This document shows, piece by piece, positions 51,225 to 64,000 of a stretch of DNA of 64,000 bases (position 1 is the stretch's first letter; each line of letters opens with the position of its first letter). The position numbers and the translations under genes are program-made. Under the pieces are notes generated by a model. That model made no database searches and was not told the origin of the DNA. It saw only the letters and a list, made by a program, of their open reading frames with translations. Source of the stretch: Octopus sinensis (Eukaryota); the NCBI RefSeq assembly GCF_006345805.1, contig NC_043012.1:38564001-38628000 (forward strand), in the 5' to 3' direction.

Positions 51225-51290
<66 letters not shown>

Positions 51291-51503
51291 CCTATCTATT
51301 TCTATCTATCTATTTATCTATCTCTATCTACCTATCTTTCTATCTATCTATCATCTCTCTCTCTTTTTCTCTATATCTATCTATCTATCTATCCATCCAC
51401 CTATCTATCTATCTATCTATCTCATCTATCTTCTTCTCTATCTATCTATATCTATCATCTATCTATCTACTATCTATCTATCTATCTAGAAACTATCTAT
51501 CTG

Positions 51504-51540
<37 letters not shown>

Positions 51541-51559
51541 CTCTATCTATCTATCTAAA

Positions 51560-51590
<31 letters not shown>

Positions 51591-51600
51591 ACCATTTGTC
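51222..51600. repeat. Degenerate (TATC)n array; similar arrays at 12640-12740, 54790-55178 and 62529-62725
   Basis: Directly visible. Confidence 0.95.
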
Positions 51601-51620
51601 TATCTATCCATCTCTCTCTC

Positions 51621-51653
<33 letters not shown>

Positions 51654-52485
51654 ATTCATCTATTTGTGTACATGTATATATGTGTGTTTGCACTCACAGA
51701 TATGTTGTTAGTACATTAGTCTATTTGAGTTTGTTTATATGTTTTATACGATTGGATCAAATGCCTATATTTATTATACAATTACATATGCATTTGTATC
51801 CAAGTATATGCTGTGTAATGTGTAATGTGTGCGCATGTGCATGCGTTTCCTTCAATGATGGCGCGAAATGTATGCTCCACTACACAGGTACAATACACAC
51901 AAAAATTGTTTCGGTGTATTTATCGACAGAATGAATTTATATGCTTTAATACAATTATGCATCCATATTTGCGTTCATTCATACACAAACACGCTCATCC
52001 ACACACACATTGTATAACACAAGTGTTTGCGTTCTCTGTGTGTGTTTATGTGTATCTTATGAAGGGATCGAATATATAACGTGTAGTGATATATATGTGT
52101 GTCATTATATGTATGGATGTGTGTATACACACATACGCACACATACACACATATATAAATATTCGGATTTTTAGAAGAAAATAGTCTTCCCGCACCCATC
52201 TCACTCTCTCTCTCTGATTTCTCTCTCTCCCTCTCTCTTTCATTCTTTCTCCGTCTCTCTCTCTCTCTCTCTCTCCCTGCCTCTCTATACGTACATATAT
52301 ATGCGCGTGTGTGTGTATGTGTATATTACATATGTATGTACGTGTATATCTATCTATCTATCTAGCTAGCTATATATATATATATGTATGTATATATATA
52401 TATATATATATATATTATATTAATTATATATATAGATATATATATGTAGATATATATATATAAATATAAATATAATAAATATATT

Positions 52486-52518
<33 letters not shown>

Positions 52519-52547
52519 ATAATATATATATAGATAGATAGATCTAT

Positions 52548-52586
<39 letters not shown>

Positions 52587-52701
52587 CACACTCATATATG
52601 CATATTTGTGTGTGTGTGACAGTATTCATATGCATAGATAAATATATACAGACACATACACATACACATGTAGGTACAGAGAGCGAAGAGGATAAAAAGA
52701 G

Positions 52702-52750
<49 letters not shown>

Positions 52751-53359
52751 CGAGAGAGAGAGCGTGAGATGGGTGCGGGGAGAATTTTTTTTTTTTTTAA
52801 AGATCCGAAAATATAGGCATTCAGGAAAAACATGTCGGAAGTGACTTATGACCGTTTCCTGATGAGATTTGACGTTTGCTAAAAAACCTGATGTATATTT
52901 TCTTTTTATCATTTCTATTACACACACTGTATACTTTATGATTTATTCTAATGACATAGGCTTCATTTCAATTGCAAAAAAAAAAAGAAAAGAAATGAAA
53001 AAAAGAAAAGCTTCACCTTTGACTATTAACAATTATTTCGAAATATACGACTAAACCATCATGGCTGATAGACTGCATGGGTTGATGTGTTTGTGAAACT
53101 GTCTGTGCGAGTAGGCTCGCGTGTGCGTGTGTAACTTGTATCGGAGCAGCATTGTTTCTCTATTTTAGTATTGCAAAGATGAGCTGGGAGGTGAACTAAG
53201 GAAATTACATGATCCAGGAAATAAAATGAAACGCCTACACAATGACTTGTGATTTGGTTCGGTGGGCCAATGTTAGAAGCCCATCCTGGGTGATTGCAGA
53301 AAGAGGATGAAAAATCTTACTTAAGTTTCAATCTCCAGACATAAAAAAAAACAACACTG

Positions 53360-53389
<30 letters not shown>

Positions 53390-53393
<4 letters not shown>

Positions 53394-53794
53394 TTTTACT
53401 CTTTTACTTATTTCAGTCATTTGACTGTGGTCATGCTGGAGCACCGCCTTTAGTTGAGCAAATCCACCCCAGGACTTATCATTTGTAAGCCTAGTACTTA
53501 ATCTATCGGTTTCTTTTGCCGAACCGCTAAGTTACGGGGACGTAAACACACCTACATCGGTTGTCAAGCGATGTTGGGGGAACAAACACAGACACACAAA
53601 CATACACACACACACACACATATACATACATATATACGACAGGCTTCTTTCAGTTTCCGTCTACCAAATCCACTCACAAGGCCTTGGTCGGCCCGAAGCT
53701 ATAGAAGACACTTACCCAAGGTGCCATGCAGTGAGACTGAACCCGGAACCATGTGGTTGGAAAGCAAGCTACTTACCACACAGCCACTCTTACG

Positions 53795-53798
<4 letters not shown>
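53390..53798 (-). mobile_element. Composite tRNA-derived SINE, full length
   Basis: Colinear with 9716-10104. Confidence 0.9.
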
Positions 53799-53843
<45 letters not shown>

Positions 53844-53846
<3 letters not shown>

Positions 53847-53962
53847 CTGCTCGCTTAGCCAAGGGGGGGGGCGTAATTCGAAGGCTAAAACAATGCAAAC
53901 GCATTGTGACCAGCGATGTGTAGCAACATCTGATGGTCTGGTCGGTCACGTGATCACGTGAT
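53844..53962 (+). repeat. Short structured repeat between (TA)n arrays
   Basis: Matches 9632-9712 in inverted orientation; ends CACGTGATCACGTGA-TATA. Confidence 0.7.
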
Positions 53963-53990
53963 ATATAATATATATATATTATATATATAT

Positions 53991-54156
53991 TTTATTTTAT
54001 AGAAGAATCATCAGGAAGCTCATGAGCTTCCTGATGATTCTTTTGAATGAAACAGTTCTAGTCCTGTAGAAGCTCCTTCTATAAAATAAATTAATTTACT
54101 CTGCTATGTATTGAGTACCTTATTTACTGTGGTTAACCCCGACTCAACCCGGGACC

Positions 54157-54158
<2 letters not shown>
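53991..54158 (+). mobile_element. Miniature fold-back PLE-type terminus, same family as 8719-9416
   Basis: Perfect 40-bp palindrome at 54003-54042; 53991-54005 is the reverse complement of 54076-54090; the 3' tail GGGACCTACA runs into (TA)n. Confidence 0.85.
54024..54075 (+). ncRNA. Type I hammerhead ribozyme motif (cleanest in the window)
   Basis: GAGCUUC-CUGAUGA-UUCuuuuGAAu-GAA-ACAG-uucuaguc-CUGU-A-GAAGCUC: 7-bp helix I, 4-bp helix III, GUA triplet. Confidence 0.8.
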
Positions 54159-54226
<68 letters not shown>

Positions 54227-54796
54227 TGTCTGCTGCGTCGTCCATTAGAATAATTGCCGAAAAAGAAAACTGAATGGTCATAAGTTGAACGCGAAAATCG
54301 AACTTACATGAAACGATAGATAGAGGAGTATCTGCAACCACTGATAAAAAGGTACACTCATTATTATGTAAGTAGAATATGTGAAATAAGGAAATCATTT
54401 CTACAAAACTCACATGACGACATTAAGGAACGACTTAAGTGCAGCGATTGCCTCTCTTCTCACAAGGAGTGACAGAATAGCACTACAATTAAACTCCATT
54501 AGCATCGTAAACACTTTCTAGGAGAACATCTACAGATATATTTAAGTTAACTAAATCTTCTTCTGACTTGGCGTAAACGTTATTCAACCTAACAACAAAC
54601 ATAATCGAACTCTAAATATGCAAATGAAACATCCAAAATGGTGACAAACTCGAGAAAAGCACAAAGATAATACACCAACACCGCGCATAAAAATCAACAG
54701 AAAACTCACACCTCGAGTCATAATCAGAAAATTGCAAAGAAAATAAGCCAAGAGAAAAGTAAGAGAGAACTCGCATACATTGGATACTAGCATGCA

Positions 54797-54840
<44 letters not shown>

Positions 54841-54939
54841 ATCTACCTATCTATCTATCTTCTATCTTTCTGCTATCTATTATCTATCTATCTATCTATC
54901 TTCTATATATCTATATCTATCTATCTATCCTATCTATCA

Positions 54940-54972
<33 letters not shown>

Positions 54973-55010
54973 GCCTATCTATCTATCTATCTATCTAATC
55001 TATCTATCTA

Positions 55011-55046
<36 letters not shown>

Positions 55047-55072
55047 ATCTATCTATCTATCTATATCATCTA

Positions 55073-55179
<107 letters not shown>

Positions 55180-56472
55180 GGTGCACTTGTGTATATATAG
55201 GTGTGAGCACTCACAAATATTTTGTTGGTGTGTTCGTATATTTGTGTTTGTTTATATGTTTATACGATTGCCTAAAATGATTCACAGAGCCCTATTACAA
55301 GTGAACTTCTCACCAGAAAAGGATTCTTTTATATGTCACTCAACTCCTTTGAAATAGGGAAACACACCCCAATATTCATTTAGGAAAATAAACGGGATGG
55401 CCATGAACTGGATCGTAGGTCTGTCCAATGAAAGCAGTGTTGGGTTAAATAACTTAGAAATGTTGACTAAAGAAATAAAGTACCTCGCTGGTTGACTTGT
55501 GTCTATAACATACAACAACTACCTCACAGGTTAAGAAACATCTGTGGTGTACACCAAAAACCACCACACACTGGTTGACATGCCTATGCAGTATACATTA
55601 GTAAAGCATCGTTAATATGAGAATCCTTGAATAGAAGACCACAACGATTCCTTCTGTCGTAACTGATAGATAACCTGTATCAAGACAACATATCTAACCC
55701 TCTTCTAAACAGTCTTACATGGACACATGACAGCCACATCTTTACATCACAGCCTTGCAAAGCTTTGCGACTTTTCTGGACTTACATCATTCAAATAAAT
55801 ACGTAGTTCCATTAATAATTCATGTCCTGTGGCATCTGGTAAAAGCAAAATCTAACACGGCAACTTATACATGGCTTAGACACGAAGACGAATATACTTA
55901 GAATTACGTAAAAGTCCTTTCAGACAGTCACATCTCATATAAATTACATCTGGTCTTCCAAGGTCTGAACAACCGATTACAGTGCATAAAGAACAGAACA
56001 ACCTTTATGGGTTACACGCAAACCACAAAAAAGTAATATATCCGACCATTATAGAAGTCATACTGACGACGCAGTGGTAGATTTGCCGGCATTATAGAAC
56101 ACAGACTAACGAGATAAACAGATTTCGTGGCATTTAGTATCATTTGCAGGCGGGAAATATGTTGATTGGGCAACATTGCAGACAACAAGCAGATGACGGA
56201 GGGGATTTCACCGCATCCTAAACTATACAATATCTACTGTGTAACAGCAATAGGAATTTGGAAGATTATCTGGTTACACGGGGCACACCGTTTAGGTATA
56301 ACTTAACCCTTGACTGTTCAGAATATCACGCACAAACACCCAGATACATATGGAACACCTCAGACCTCTCCTTATCACTATGCACTACGAGTACTAACTT
56401 TTCACTACAGTTCAGGTAACAAATATAAACGGCAACAATATTTCACATCATTGCCGAGGTAACACGGCGAAT

Positions 56473-56850
56473 ATTGGTTTCAAGTTCTGGCACATGACCA
56501 TCAATTTCGGGCTAGGGGTTAAGTCGATTACATTGACCTTAGTACTCGACTAGTACTTATTTTATCGACCCCGAAAGATGACATTCCGGCGGAATTTGAA
56601 CTTAAGACGTGAAGACGGACGAAATGCAGTTAGGCATTTCGTCCGGTGTGATAGTAATTCTGCCATCTCGCCGCCGTAAAGACGACAAATATTCTTTTCT
56701 ACTCGAGGCACAAGGCCCGAAATTCTGAGGTGGGTGGCAGTTAATTAGATTGACCCCAGTACACAACTGGTACTTAATTTATCAAGCCCAAAAGGATGAA
56801 AGGCAAAGTCGACCTCGGCGGAATTTGAACTCAGAAAGACGGCAAATATT
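56473..56850 (-). mobile_element. Two tandem family B SINE copies (56473-56676 and 56690-56850)
   Basis: Each contains GTACTTA.TTTATC.A.CCC.AAAG.ATGA...GGCGGAATTTGAACT. Confidence 0.8.
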
Positions 56851-57392
56851 GTAATGGAAATACATGGCAGAAATCACAAGTTCAAGGCAAATGCCGTCTG
56901 GTAATGTTTCATACAGAATCAAATTGGATAATGGAGATAATATAACATCGTAAAGTGAAAACTCCTGTACATACAATTCATAACTCTATCTAAAAACATG
57001 CATCAGTGATGACGTCAACCAGATTGGTCAATCGTACGTCCTGTGGGTCTGCTCGTTATCCAGAGGTCGCACTTACTCGTTCTACCTACAAGCTTTAAGT
57101 CTGTTCCATTCTCTGTTAGGTCAACAGCTAAATCTCCATTAAGCTACACCGTAACGTCTTATAAAACAATGAATGCACATTTGATGACATAGTTTTAGGT
57201 TACTCTGCTTAGATAAAAGAAGGGAGGTCACATAGAGAGTAGCTGTCATCAGAATCTTCTCCGTCGCAATTGATCGAGATAGAAACAAGAACAACAGCAA
57301 CAGTTTATTACTACAGAGACAAAAAAACAAAACAACAAATATTGAAAAAGATATATATATATATATATATATAATATATATATAATATATAA

Positions 57393-57423
<31 letters not shown>

Positions 57424-58289
57424 CATTATACATACACATATATATATACATACATATATACATACATATATTACATACATACATATATATAATATTTATT
57501 TTATCTGTGTGTGAGTGTGTGTATTGATCTATATATACATGTGTGTGTATAAATATACGTATATGTATGTGTGTATACACAGACACACACGTATATATAA
57601 GTGTGTGTGTGTGTGTATGTTTGTGTGTGTGCGTGTGTGTGTGTGTGTATACAGACACAAGCGGGGTAACATTAATATCTTTCAGATTTGCTGTAAATGA
57701 AAATGGCAATACAAATATAGAAAAATAGTTTGTATAATGGAAAACAGTGGCGAGAAAATGCGAAGTCTAAATTTATTGATATTTTGAAGTTGTCACCTGT
57801 CAAAGACTTTACACGCCTCACATAATGATTACAATGTGCAAAAAAGTAAAAGAAAAAAAGGAAAATATAGGAGTTTGTAGTAAAAGCTTTGATTTGAAGG
57901 TAGATTTATTTTGTTTTATTTTTTTTTTACATGCCAACATCTCTCTTTAAATTAGCTTCAATAAACACCGCATGTGTCAGCTATTCAACGTTTCAGTCCT
58001 AAGAACAAATTGCACAAGTGCTGTGGATAGAAACGGAATAAAGATTAGATAGATAGATGGATGGATCGATCGATGACTACAAGGACAGAAAAGTAAAGAG
58101 TAACGTATATAGATAGATAGATATATAGATAAATATGTAGACAGAGAGATAGAGAGAGAGAGAAAGAGAGAGAGAGAGGGGAAGAGAGAGGAAGTTGCTA
58201 CTGCAGTTATATATAACTTTGGTGATGCAAACAGGAAAAATAGAACTCTAAATGTTGTTATATGTATATTATTTTATTACTTTTTAGCA

Positions 58290-58785
58290 GAAACAGCAGA
58301 CTGAGTTCCGTGCGTTGACGAAACTGTCGGCTCTTAAGCAACTCTGTTGCTTTTACTAAATATTAATATATATATATATATATATATGTATGTATATACG
58401 AGCAAAACGTCCCCCGTCCAATGGACGGTGCTGAGTTGTCAAACATTTAAACCAAATTTTTTTTGTTGGTCTCTTAAATATACTGCATTTTGTGGCATTA
58501 TTTCAAGCCAGCTGGCTTTTTTGCGCAAACTACACGTGCATTTTTCTCCCGTACGCGTAGTATCGATCGCAACAGCAGATGTACTTGTGCGTACAAATGC
58601 ACGTTCCCATGGCTTTATCGATCGCATTCTCACCTGGAATCGATTTTTGTAATTTTTTCAAGACTCATGCACGCCCTAATACCGTCGGTATCCTACATAT
58701 CAAATTTGAGCACAATCGGATGGCGGATGCCCGAGATCCTAGAAGACACACACACAAACAGACAGAACGGATTTTATATAATAGA
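58290..58785 (-). mobile_element. Helitron-like non-autonomous element; 5' end clear, 3' end degenerate
   Basis: Minus strand begins A|TCTATTATATAAAA..GTCTGTTTGTGTG, similar to the 5' end at 30088; left boundary approximate. Confidence 0.5.
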
Positions 58786-58807
58786 TGTGCGTGTGTATGG
58801 GTATAAC

Positions 58808-59127
58808 ATGGCACTCCGTCGGTTACGAAGACGAGGTTTCCAGCTGATCCGATCAACAGAACAGCCAGCTCGTGAAATTAATGTGCAAGTGACTGAGCAC
58901 TCCACAGACAGGTGTTCCCTTAACGTAGTTCTCGTGGTGATTAGAAACTGGAAGAAAGAGTGAGAGATAGTCGTGGTGAAAGAGTACAGCAGGGTTCGAC
59001 ACCGCATCCCTGCCGGAACCTCGTAGAGCTTTTTAGGTGATTTTGCTCAATGAAATCTCACGACGCCTGGTCCGGGAATCGAAACTGCGATTCCGCTGCC
59101 CTAACCACTGGGCCACTGCGTCTCCAC
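58808..59127 (-). mobile_element. tRNA-derived SINE with a head related to the 13-274 element but a different body
   Basis: Minus strand GTGGAGACGCAGTGGCCCAGTGGTTAGGGC...GTTTCGATTCCCGGACC versus GTGGAGGCGCGTGGCTTAGTGGTTAGGG...GTTTCGATTCCTGGACC. Confidence 0.8.
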
Positions 59128-59132
59128 ATGGT

Positions 59133-59185
<53 letters not shown>

Positions 59186-59811
59186 CTATTCATATTTTCA
59201 GCAATCCGCAGAATTAAGAAAGGCTGATGAGGTGAATACGCATCTAGATGGAGTATTTCCTAGTTTTATTTTTAACGTAATATAATCGACTTCCATTCTT
59301 CCTGCCTATTTAATTCCCCCGACACAAAATCATAATGTGGATTATATTACAAGACTTCTCATTTGTTGAATATCTCGCTTAGATGAACTAAAATTGTACT
59401 CCATAGATTCATATGAATCCATCACCCCTGATGCGGGTCCTAACTAATATTGAAGCATCAGAAGTGTCTCACAGCTTTTCTCAGTTTTAATTTCGAGGTT
59501 CTGTATCCGAGCGAACCTTTTATATTTTTTGTCCGTTACCAAAGCTCATGTCAGCATTTGTTATAAGTTCACTAACAAACCATTTCTAGTTCAACTGCGG
59601 CTATACAAAATGTAAAATCACTGAAATATCTTGATATTCCTTTGGTAACATGTAGTAAATATCTCGTAGTGTGTTCATGTGGTAGAGTTGATCCCTTTCT
59701 TTCATGTTTGTTTAAATCATTGAAATCAAATCACCCCATCTATATTTTGGTTAGATACGCAAATATTGTACTGTCTTAGTTCATGATAGTCTTATAGTTA
59801 CCTTCATACGA

Positions 59812-59917
<106 letters not shown>

Positions 59918-60082
59918 TTAATATCGAGACGATGAAATAAATGTAACAGATTGAGTTTCGAGCGGAATACGAAGTTCCGTCCAGTTTTGAGGTATTCTTG
60001 TAAATATCTGCCGATTAAAATAAAAACACGAACTCACATATTTAATAGGGTTTGCTGTTTGTTCTACCTAATCTCTCTCTCG

Positions 60083-60117
<35 letters not shown>

Positions 60118-60142
60118 ATATATAGTTATTCAATATGTGTAT

Positions 60143-60197
<55 letters not shown>

Positions 60198-60718
60198 CAC
60201 ACAGTATGTGTATGAATGCGTGTGTGTACATATAACAACCAGAGGAAAATATTTAGATAATTTCACTCTAGATAGACATAGATTTAAAGACAAGCGAATG
60301 GAGATATAGGGATATAACTGGAGGAAGGGCTTAAAATAATACGAAACGAGAGATGCTATCGCATTTTCCAGAGCCATGAAGAGATATTCTGAATTCAAAG
60401 GAACGTTATATAAGTGCGTGTTATAGCAAAAGTTAAATGACTTTATTCCATAATTCACGTGAAGTCTCTATAAAGATAACATTTCAATTTTCTACTTATC
60501 CGTGTATCTATGAACTTATGACAAGGCGTATCACTGTCTTTATCTGTGCGTACCTTTGCGTGTGCGTCTGTGTGTGTATATATGCGCACGTGTGTATGTA
60601 TATACATATATGCATGTGCAGGTGTGTGCATGCATTGATATGTAAAACCTGCTCAATTATGAGTAACTGAATGCGCCACTATTTATCAAAACGAATATAT
60701 ATAATGTACATACATACA

Positions 60719-60750
<32 letters not shown>

Positions 60751-60944
60751 CATATATATATATATATGTATATATATATTATGTATGTATGTATATATAT
60801 ATATATGTAGGGTATATATATGTATATATACATGCATATATATATATATCAATATGTATATATATATATATAAGTATATGTGTATGTGTATATATATACA
60901 TGTACATATATGCACATATATATATGATGCATATGTATATACCT

Positions 60945-61008
<64 letters not shown>

Positions 61009-61340
61009 TGTGTAAATGCTTATATTTCTATGCATGTATATATTCATGGACAACCTATACGTGATGATAAATTAAATGGTGGATTTTGTTTGGTGTTCTA
61101 ATGTGCAAAATGTAGCAAATCTGCTCGAATCTCTCCAGGCTGGAAATGCATCACGTAATATCAAAATATTCTATACCATCTAATGATCGCCCTAATCTTT
61201 GCAAAACATTGCATTTAGGGGATTCTAAGAGGATAATATCAGAAGTGCGGCGTGCATTTCATTCCGTTCTGCATTAGCCATAAAATACAGAGAAAAGGTG
61301 GAAAAAAAAAGAAGATAGAAGCAAAAAAGATACGCACACA

Positions 61341-61430
<90 letters not shown>

Positions 61431-61603
61431 ATATATGTATAAGCAAAGGATAGAAACGAGCGATTGAAAGGGCAAAATCATAAATAACAAAGATTCAAAC
61501 ATCGTAAACATCCTGCTTTTAGCAGTTATTCAACCTACTTGAGTAGAGATCGAACATGTTCTTGTGCACGCACACACACAAACACACATACACGCACACA
61601 CAC

Positions 61604-61656
<53 letters not shown>

Positions 61657-61674
61657 TATACGTATATACATACA

Positions 61675-61729
<55 letters not shown>

Positions 61730-61869
61730 ATATATATATATACATATGTATATATACATATATATGGATACACACATACACACACATTTATATATATATT
61801 TATATTCAGATATATTTAGATATATGGATATACATAAATATATATATATATATATATACATGTGTGTGT

Positions 61870-61902
<33 letters not shown>

Positions 61903-62320
61903 TTGTGTGTGTTTGTGTGCACTTATACTCGCAAAAATACATTTGGATATATCCATGAGCATATCTGTGCATATGCACGCATGATTATTTGTCTGTGTGT
62001 CGGAGAGTGTGCCGCTCTGTTTCTGTGTGCGTGCGTGTGTGAGTGTGTGTGTGTGTCTGTCTGTCTGTCTGTCTGTGCGTGTATAATATATTTTCCCGTA
62101 ATATAATATTTGAGAGTGTGTTATTGCGTGCGGGCGAGTCCATGCACGCAAGTCTATTTTTAGAGGAATTAAATGCAACTCTGTGTGTGTATTTCGGTTG
62201 TTCTATTACAAACCGAATGGCACTTGTTGTAGTTGTAATTGTTGTAGTTTTTGTCATTATGAACAGGCATTTACACAAATAGGCAGGTAAACATATCACC
62301 TCCCCACACATATATATATT

Positions 62321-62443
62321 ACGGAGATGTACTCGCATAGCAAGTAATTTGATCTGAGATCGTGTGCTGAAACGAAAACAATTGCAGCGTGGAAGGTGTT
62401 TATAAGCCATTTAAGAAACACACAAAAGCCGTTCGATTCACTT
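62321..62443 (-). mobile_element. 3'-tail fragment of the 28613-28890 family
   Basis: GATCTGAGATCGTGTGCTG...AAAACAATTGCAGCGTGGAAGGTGTTTATAAGCCATTTAA...CGTTCGATTCACTT; terminus at a TA run. Confidence 0.8.
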
Positions 62444-62528
62444 AAGTACTAGTCAATGGAAAGTTTCTCACACCTGTTCCATACCCAGTGTGGTACCACA
62501 GAGAAAATCAAACTGCAGGATACTTATG

Positions 62529-62588
<60 letters not shown>

Positions 62589-62603
62589 CCTATCAATCTA
62601 TCC

Positions 62604-62658
<55 letters not shown>

Positions 62659-62659
62659 C

Positions 62660-62725
<66 letters not shown>

Positions 62726-62949
62726 ATTCCTCTCTATCTATCTATTTGATTGTTTATCTGTCTGTCTGTCGGTTTTTCAGTCTATCTGTCTATCTACCTG
62801 AAGAGTTATACATCTTCAAAATTTATATATTAAATCATTATCCCAATCAAATTTCATTCCGACACGTGTTTCTTCTGGATATGTCTTTTGATATTGCACT
62901 CATGTGCACTTTGGTGATTTAAATTTAAATCAGATGCTGTACATATTAA

Positions 62950-63494
62950 TAAGTGACATTAACTTGCGATGGAAAGCGGATTCTGTACAATAATAAAGAA
63001 TGTTCTTTACAGTGGTTGGAAAAAAATGAAGCACCCAAAACCTTCTTTAAACCTGAGCTCTTCAAACAGAACTTCATGGTGACTGTTTAGTGGTTTATTG
63101 CTGGACTCATCCATTATAACTTCTTAAAACCCAGAAAAACATTACTGCAGAAACATATTGCCATGAAATTGGCAAAATGAATGAAAACCTGCTACTCCTT
63201 TGTCCCAGACTGGTCAACAGAAGAGGGCCAATCATTCTTCATGACAATGCTCGACCACACGTTTCACTAATGACGCTCCAGAAGTTAAGGGAACTTGGCT
63301 ACGAGATTCTTCCCCACTTAGCTTATTCCCCAGACCTTTCCCCTACCGACTACCACTCTTTCAAGCACCTTGATGGTTTCCTGCGAAAGAAGGAGTTCAA
63401 AAAGCAAACAGATGCTGAAGGTGCATTGAAAGAGTTGATCAATTCCAGGACACCAGAGTTTTGTGTTACTGGAATAAAATGTCCGCATTGTTGA
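62950..63494 (+). pseudogene. Mariner transposase catalytic-domain remnant (a different subfamily from 26310)
   Basis: 'LTCDGKRILYNN', 'GPIILHDNARPHV', 'YSPDLSPTDYH.FKHLD.FL'. Confidence 0.9.
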
Positions 63495-63547
63495 AGTATA
63501 TTGTGATGGATTTCATGTTTCTAAACGGTGCTTACATCTTACTAATA

Positions 63548-63633
<86 letters not shown>

Positions 63634-64000
63634 AATATATTATTTAATTACGATGTATTTAATGTTGTTTTCATAGCAGTGTTTATGTATATGAGATTGT
63701 GTGTGAGTTTTTAGTTGTATAATTTATTTATCTGTATGAGTGTGGGTGTGTAAATATTGTTTGTATATATCGAGTTTAGTGAGTATGTATACGTATATGT
63801 GAGGGAGTATATGTATCTGTTGTGTGTGTGTGTTTTGCGTGTGTGGTGTGTTTGTGTGTGAATGTGTATATGGGTTTGTTATTTAGGTTTTGGGATGTAT
63901 GTGTTAATTTGTCTGTGTGGGGAGGGAGTGGGTTTTGGTGTATATTGAGGTTTATAAGTAGTATAGGTATGTGTATAAGTCGTGGGTCTGTGGTTTACGT

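Noticed and set aside
55260-56410. Possible degraded LINE endonuclease ('GGDFTA', 'SEQPI')
   Set aside because: The motifs are inexact, out of the expected order and riddled with stops.
57010-57027. Perfect CRE (TGACGTCA) next to a reverse CCAAT box
   Set aside because: Short motifs expected by chance in 64 kb, with no associated gene or CpG-rich context.
59222-59260. CTGATGAGG hammerhead-like start
   Set aside because: No downstream GAAA or helix I.

Overview
A gene-poor, AT-rich, extremely microsatellite-rich animal genomic window. The SINE families and the repeat landscape suggest an octopus (inference). I recognise no host protein-coding exon, and almost all ORFs in the supplied track are translations of (TA)n, (CA)n, (TATC)n or (TTA)n arrays. 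Supportable features: one tRNA-Ser(CGA) gene; several families of tRNA-derived SINEs; an RTE LINE 3' fragment; two R4/Dong-type RLE LINE fragments in (TAA)n arrays; mariner/Tc1 remnants and MITEs; a pogo/Tigger-type MITE; and non-autonomous Helitron-like elements. The most notable signal is not in the ORF track: the short repeats between the (TA)n arrays contain many hammerhead ribozyme (HHR) motifs from unrelated families, as expected for Penelope-like element (PLE) termini. They include three fold-back insertions, a G3-C8 core variant, and a family (copies at about 1.1, 4.7 and 12.8 kb) whose three hammerhead strands occur in a non-circularly permuted, pseudoknotted order. In that family helices I and III show compensating indels between copies. 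All ribozyme calls are manual structure parses and none has been tested for cleavage.
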